Made by a program: the position numbers and the translations under genes. The notes beneath the pieces were generated by a model, which was not told the DNA's origin, did no database searches, and saw nothing but the letters and a program-made list of their open reading frames with translations. This document shows positions 48,231 through 51,139 of a stretch of 51,139 nucleotides of DNA, in pieces. Source of the stretch: Candidatus Micrarchaeota archaeon (lineage in GTDB: Archaea; Micrarchaeota; Micrarchaeia; Micrarchaeales; CABMGC01); assembly GCA_964501245.1 (NCBI GenBank), contig CAZCSE010000002.1, positions 1 to 51,139 of the forward strand, read 5' to 3'. Position 1 is the stretch's first letter, and each line of letters starts with the position of its first letter.

Positions 48231-49415
48231 TTGATGGTAGGATATAAATCCAGAATTCCTGTGGAGAAGAATGAGAATGTAGAAAAGGTCAAGGCAGCTG
48301 AGATAAAAAGCGCACGGGATTTTATATCCCATGTGGGAAGAACCTCAGATAGACTTAAACATAGGAAGCTTTTGGACCTTGCAGGAGCAGCTGCAGCTGT
48401 GTATATTGCAGCAGCACCTATCGCATTTGCTGCAGGACAGCCATTACACGAATCAGGATACAGCAAGCAGGATATTGCAGCTCTGAACAAACTTATGAGG
48501 AGCGAGGCAGCATATTCTGCCAAAGGCGAGAGCATTACAAACGGTTTGCCTACAAATGAGATTTTAGGAGTAGTAAACATAAACAAGCTAAAAGGGATTT
48601 CCTCTCAAATGCTTGATGGAGGAAGAACTGCAAACGGAGCTTCTATTCAGCTAAATACATATGTGCATCTGGTAAGCAGTGGAGGTGGGAGCAGCTGGAT
48701 CTGGGTGCAGAATGGAGTTCAGATATTCATACATGGAGACAAAGTATCGGAAAAACCATCATACACCTATGGGAGCATATCACAAATATTTAAGGACAAC
48801 CTCAAGCTTGATGTAAAGGCGGAAGAAGGAAAGAAACTTACGCAGAAAGACTTTGACAAACTGAGATTAAATGGGATGAGTGGCAGAGGAATCCTTACAG
48901 ATTCTGAAGGTACAATACCAACCTATGTTTATTCCGATTATAAGGTATACAAGGAAGGCAGCAGATGGGGCATACGTGGAGGAGATACGCATACGTCAAA
49001 CAGGATCAGGTTTGCTGTTGACATAAGAGTTACAGAAAAACAGGATATCGCATATATCAATTTCAGCATAGTACCTGTGAAGGGAGATGTACTTGACTGG
49101 AATAAAGAGGTAAAGTTTGATAAGGTATCGTACAGGGTAAAAGGATTAAAGAGTGCGAAGATTGAGTTCGGTAAGCTAAAGGATACAGGACTTGTTATAG
49201 CAGGCGTGGGAGGTGGGGCTTACTTCCATGCTGAAGAGATAACAGGGGCTTTCAGCATGTATGAGAAAGAATCAGGCAGATTTGTGCCTCTTGCAGTAAG
49301 TGGCAATAGCGATTGGAATACAGGAGAGCATGATGTTGGGGTGCGTTCCGTAAGGTTAAACTCTTACACTGTAGAGTTGGTAAGGGCTAAAAAAGCAAAT
49401 AATGCCGGAAATTAG
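48231..49415 (+). CDS. Membrane-anchored protein with a thermopsin-like (peptidase A5 family-like) ectodomain
   Basis: One TM helix (LLDLAGAAAAVYIAAAPIAFAAG) after a basic cytoplasmic tail. ASIQLNTYVHLVSSGGGSSWIWVQNGVQIF, GLVIAGVGGGAYF and NSDWNTGEHDVGV resemble the LQ(F/L)N...W(L/V)Q(D/N)V, GGGG and DT.E strings of thermopsin as I remember them. Confidence 0.4.
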   Translation: MMVGYKSRIPVEKNENVEKVKAAEIKSARDFISHVGRTSDRLKHRKLLDLAGAAAAVYIAAAPIAFAAGQPLHESGYSKQDIAALNKLMRSEAAYSAKGESITNGLPTNEILGVVNINKLKGISSQMLDGGRTANGASIQLNTYVHLVSSGGGSSWIWVQNGVQIFIHGDKVSEKPSYTYGSISQIFKDNLKLDVKAEEGKKLTQKDFDKLRLNGMSGRGILTDSEGTIPTYVYSDYKVYKEGSRWGIRGGDTHTSNRIRFAVDIRVTEKQDIAYINFSIVPVKGDVLDWNKEVKFDKVSYRVKGLKSAKIEFGKLKDTGLVIAGVGGGAYFHAEEITGAFSMYEKESGRFVPLAVSGNSDWNTGEHDVGVRSVRLNSYTVELVRAKKANNAGN

Positions 49416-49528
49416 AGAGTTGAGCTGTAGAGTGCCTTACGCTTTATAAAAGGTTTTATAACTTTTAGTATACAATCTAATGGTATAAATACCAACGGGA
49501 AAATTAACTCTTTTCTTAGGTGATATAG

Positions 49529-51139
49529 ATGCCTGATGGCATAGAATTGACTGTGGCAGATGCGCTTGTGACCGATTCAGGGAGGAGCGTAGCCAGGATA
49601 GATTCAAAATCAAGGAAGATGCTTGATGTCCTTTCTGGGGACATAATTGAGATAAAGGGCAAGAAAAAGTCTACGGCTGCGATTACGTGGCAGTCCCATC
49701 CGAGCGACGAAGGGCTTGGCTTCATAAGAATAGACGGTTACATAAGGCAGAACCTCGGCGTTGGAATAGGAGACAAGATATTTGTTTCGAAGGCAGCGGT
49801 AAAGGATGCAGAGAAGGTTATTCTTGCGCCCCCTGTAGGCCAGAAGATGCCTTTATCTCCTGATTTCCCTGAATTTGCGAAGAAAAGGCTTGATGGAAGG
49901 CCTCTTGTGAAAGGGGATTCCATACCGATACCAATGTTCGGGATAGTCTTCAACTTCATAGTTGTGCAGGTAGTGCCACATGGAGTTGTGAAGATAACTA
50001 GGGACACCAACCTTGTTGTGAAAGAAGAGCCTGTATCAGAGTCAATAGTCAAGGTAGGTAATGTCCATTACGAGGATATAGGAGGTCTTGAGGATGCAAA
50101 GCAGAAGATAAGGGAGCTTGTGGAACTGCCGATAAGATATCCTGAGCTCTTCGAGAGGCTTGGAATAGAACCTCCTAAAGGAGTTCTCCTTTACGGCTCA
50201 CCAGGTACGGGAAAGACGCTTCTTGCAAAGGCTGTAGCAAACGAGAGCGACGCGAACTTCATATCCATATCAGGACCTGAACTCGTATCGAAATTCGTGG
50301 GAGAGAGCGAGGAGAAGCTCAGGGAGATATTCAAAAACGCAAATGAGAAAGCGCCTTCTATAATATTCATGGATGAGATAGATGCGATAGCTCCAAGAAG
50401 GGAGGAGTCTACAAATGAGGTCGAGCGAAGGATGGTCTCCCAGATGCTCACACTCATGGATGGTATGGGGCAGCGCGGACAGGTGATAGTTCTAGCAGCT
50501 ACAAACAGGCCTGATGCCATAGATCCTGCATTGAGAAGGCCGGGAAGATTTGACAGGGAGATAGAAATAGGAGTTCCTGGAAGAAATGCAAGAAAGGAGA
50601 TACTGCAGATACATACAAGGAATATGCCGATGAAAGATGTTGACATAGATGAACTTGCAAACAAGACGCACGGTTATACCGGAGCAGACCTTAATGCACT
50701 TGTAAGGGAGGCTGCAATGGCAACCCTAAGGACCATATTGCCTAAGATCGCAGACAAGCAATCAATTCCGAATGAGATTCTTCTGGATCTCAAGGTGTCA
50801 CGGGAGGATTTCCTTGAGGCAATGAAGAGCATACAGCCAAGCGCATTGAGAGAGGTATTTGTAGAAAGACCAAATGTGCATTGGAATGATGTAGGCGCAC
50901 TTGATAAGGTCAAGGATGAATTGAGGGACAGCATAGAGCTGCCTCTGAAGAATCCGAAGGCTTTCGAAGATATGGGAATAAGGCCTGTAAAGGGATTACT
51001 GCTCGTAGGGCCGCCAGGCACAGGAAAGACATTACTGGCAAAGGCAGTAGCGACTGAGAGAGAGTCAAACTTCATATCGATAAAAGGTCCTGAGATACTT
51101 TCCAAGTATGTTGGGGAGAGCGAGAAGACCCTGAGAGAG
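49529..51139 (+). CDS. cdc48: CDC48/VCP-type AAA+ ATPase (3' end outside the window; not listed in the ORF track because it runs off the edge)
   Basis: The ATG at 49529 opens a frame to the window end (537 codons). N-domain ([24 protein letters not shown]), D1 Walker A GSPGTGKT and Walker B IIFMDEID, start of D2 with GPPGTGKT. Confidence 0.9.
   Translation, partial: MPDGIELTVADALVTDSGRSVARIDSKSRKMLDVLSGDIIEIKGKKKSTAAITWQSHPSDEGLGFIRIDGYIRQNLGVGIGDKIFVSKAAVKDAEKVILAPPVGQKMPLSPDFPEFAKKRLDGRPLVKGDSIPIPMFGIVFNFIVVQVVPHGVVKITRDTNLVVKEEPVSESIVKVGNVHYEDIGGLEDAKQKIRELVELPIRYPELFERLGIEPPKGVLLYGSPGTGKTLLAKAVANESDANFISISGPELVSKFVGESEEKLREIFKNANEKAPSIIFMDEIDAIAPRREESTNEVERRMVSQMLTLMDGMGQRGQVIVLAATNRPDAIDPALRRPGRFDREIEIGVPGRNARKEILQIHTRNMPMKDVDIDELANKTHGYTGADLNALVREAAMATLRTILPKIADKQSIPNEILLDLKVSREDFLEAMKSIQPSALREVFVERPNVHWNDVGALDKVKDELRDSIELPLKNPKAFEDMGIRPVKGLLLVGPPGTGKTLLAKAVATERESNFISIKGPEILSKYVGESEKTLRE

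Noticed and set aside
49516-51105. Several minus-strand ORFs (69-157 aa) listed in the track under the cdc48 region.
   Set aside because: The plus strand encodes an unmistakable CDC48/VCP AAA+ ATPase from 49529 to the window edge. The minus-strand ORFs are antisense artefacts.

Overview
This window is an archaeal chromosomal segment, densely coding on both strands. I found no CRISPR array, transposase or integrase. The content points to a small-genome acidophilic archaeon (Micrarchaeota/ARMAN-like DPANN or a Thermoplasmata relative): a two-subunit 2-oxoacid:ferredoxin oxidoreductase, bipartite LplA/LplB, a thermopsin-like protein, an orphan 5S rRNA, and a tRNA with a non-canonical BHB intron. 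That lineage call is inference. Recognisable housekeeping genes: alaS (5' partial), CDP-archaeol synthase, an M50 site-2 protease, TrmI, type IA topoisomerase, lipA, aRF1, serS, RFC small subunit, PGM/PMM, the rps13-rps4-rps11 operon, class II lysS, lplA/lplB, spt5-rpl11, OFOR alpha/beta, Fe/Mn-SOD, HAD, CYTH, rpl40e and cdc48 (3' partial). RNA genes: tRNA-Leu(UAG), tRNA-Lys(UUU), tRNA-Pro(UGG), a two-intron tRNA-Ser(GGA) and a stand-alone 5S rRNA. There is also an envelope/glycosylation neighbourhood: a 1985-aa anchored surface protein, an STT3-like GT-C protein, a GT2, a GlcNAc-1-P transferase and a small DMT-type transporter pair. The best candidate for an undescribed system is a six-member family of small paralogous proteins at three loci (34458-35057, 39565-40640, 45139-46505). 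The tandem triplet heads a five-gene cassette of unknowns (45139-49415) that also holds a 539-aa charged helical protein and a membrane-anchored thermopsin-like protein. Two of the loci share a 13-nt promoter string. Other notable points: topA and PGM/PMM both have conserved N-termini encoded upstream of any ATG/GTG/TTG, and several information-processing proteins carry unusual extensions.
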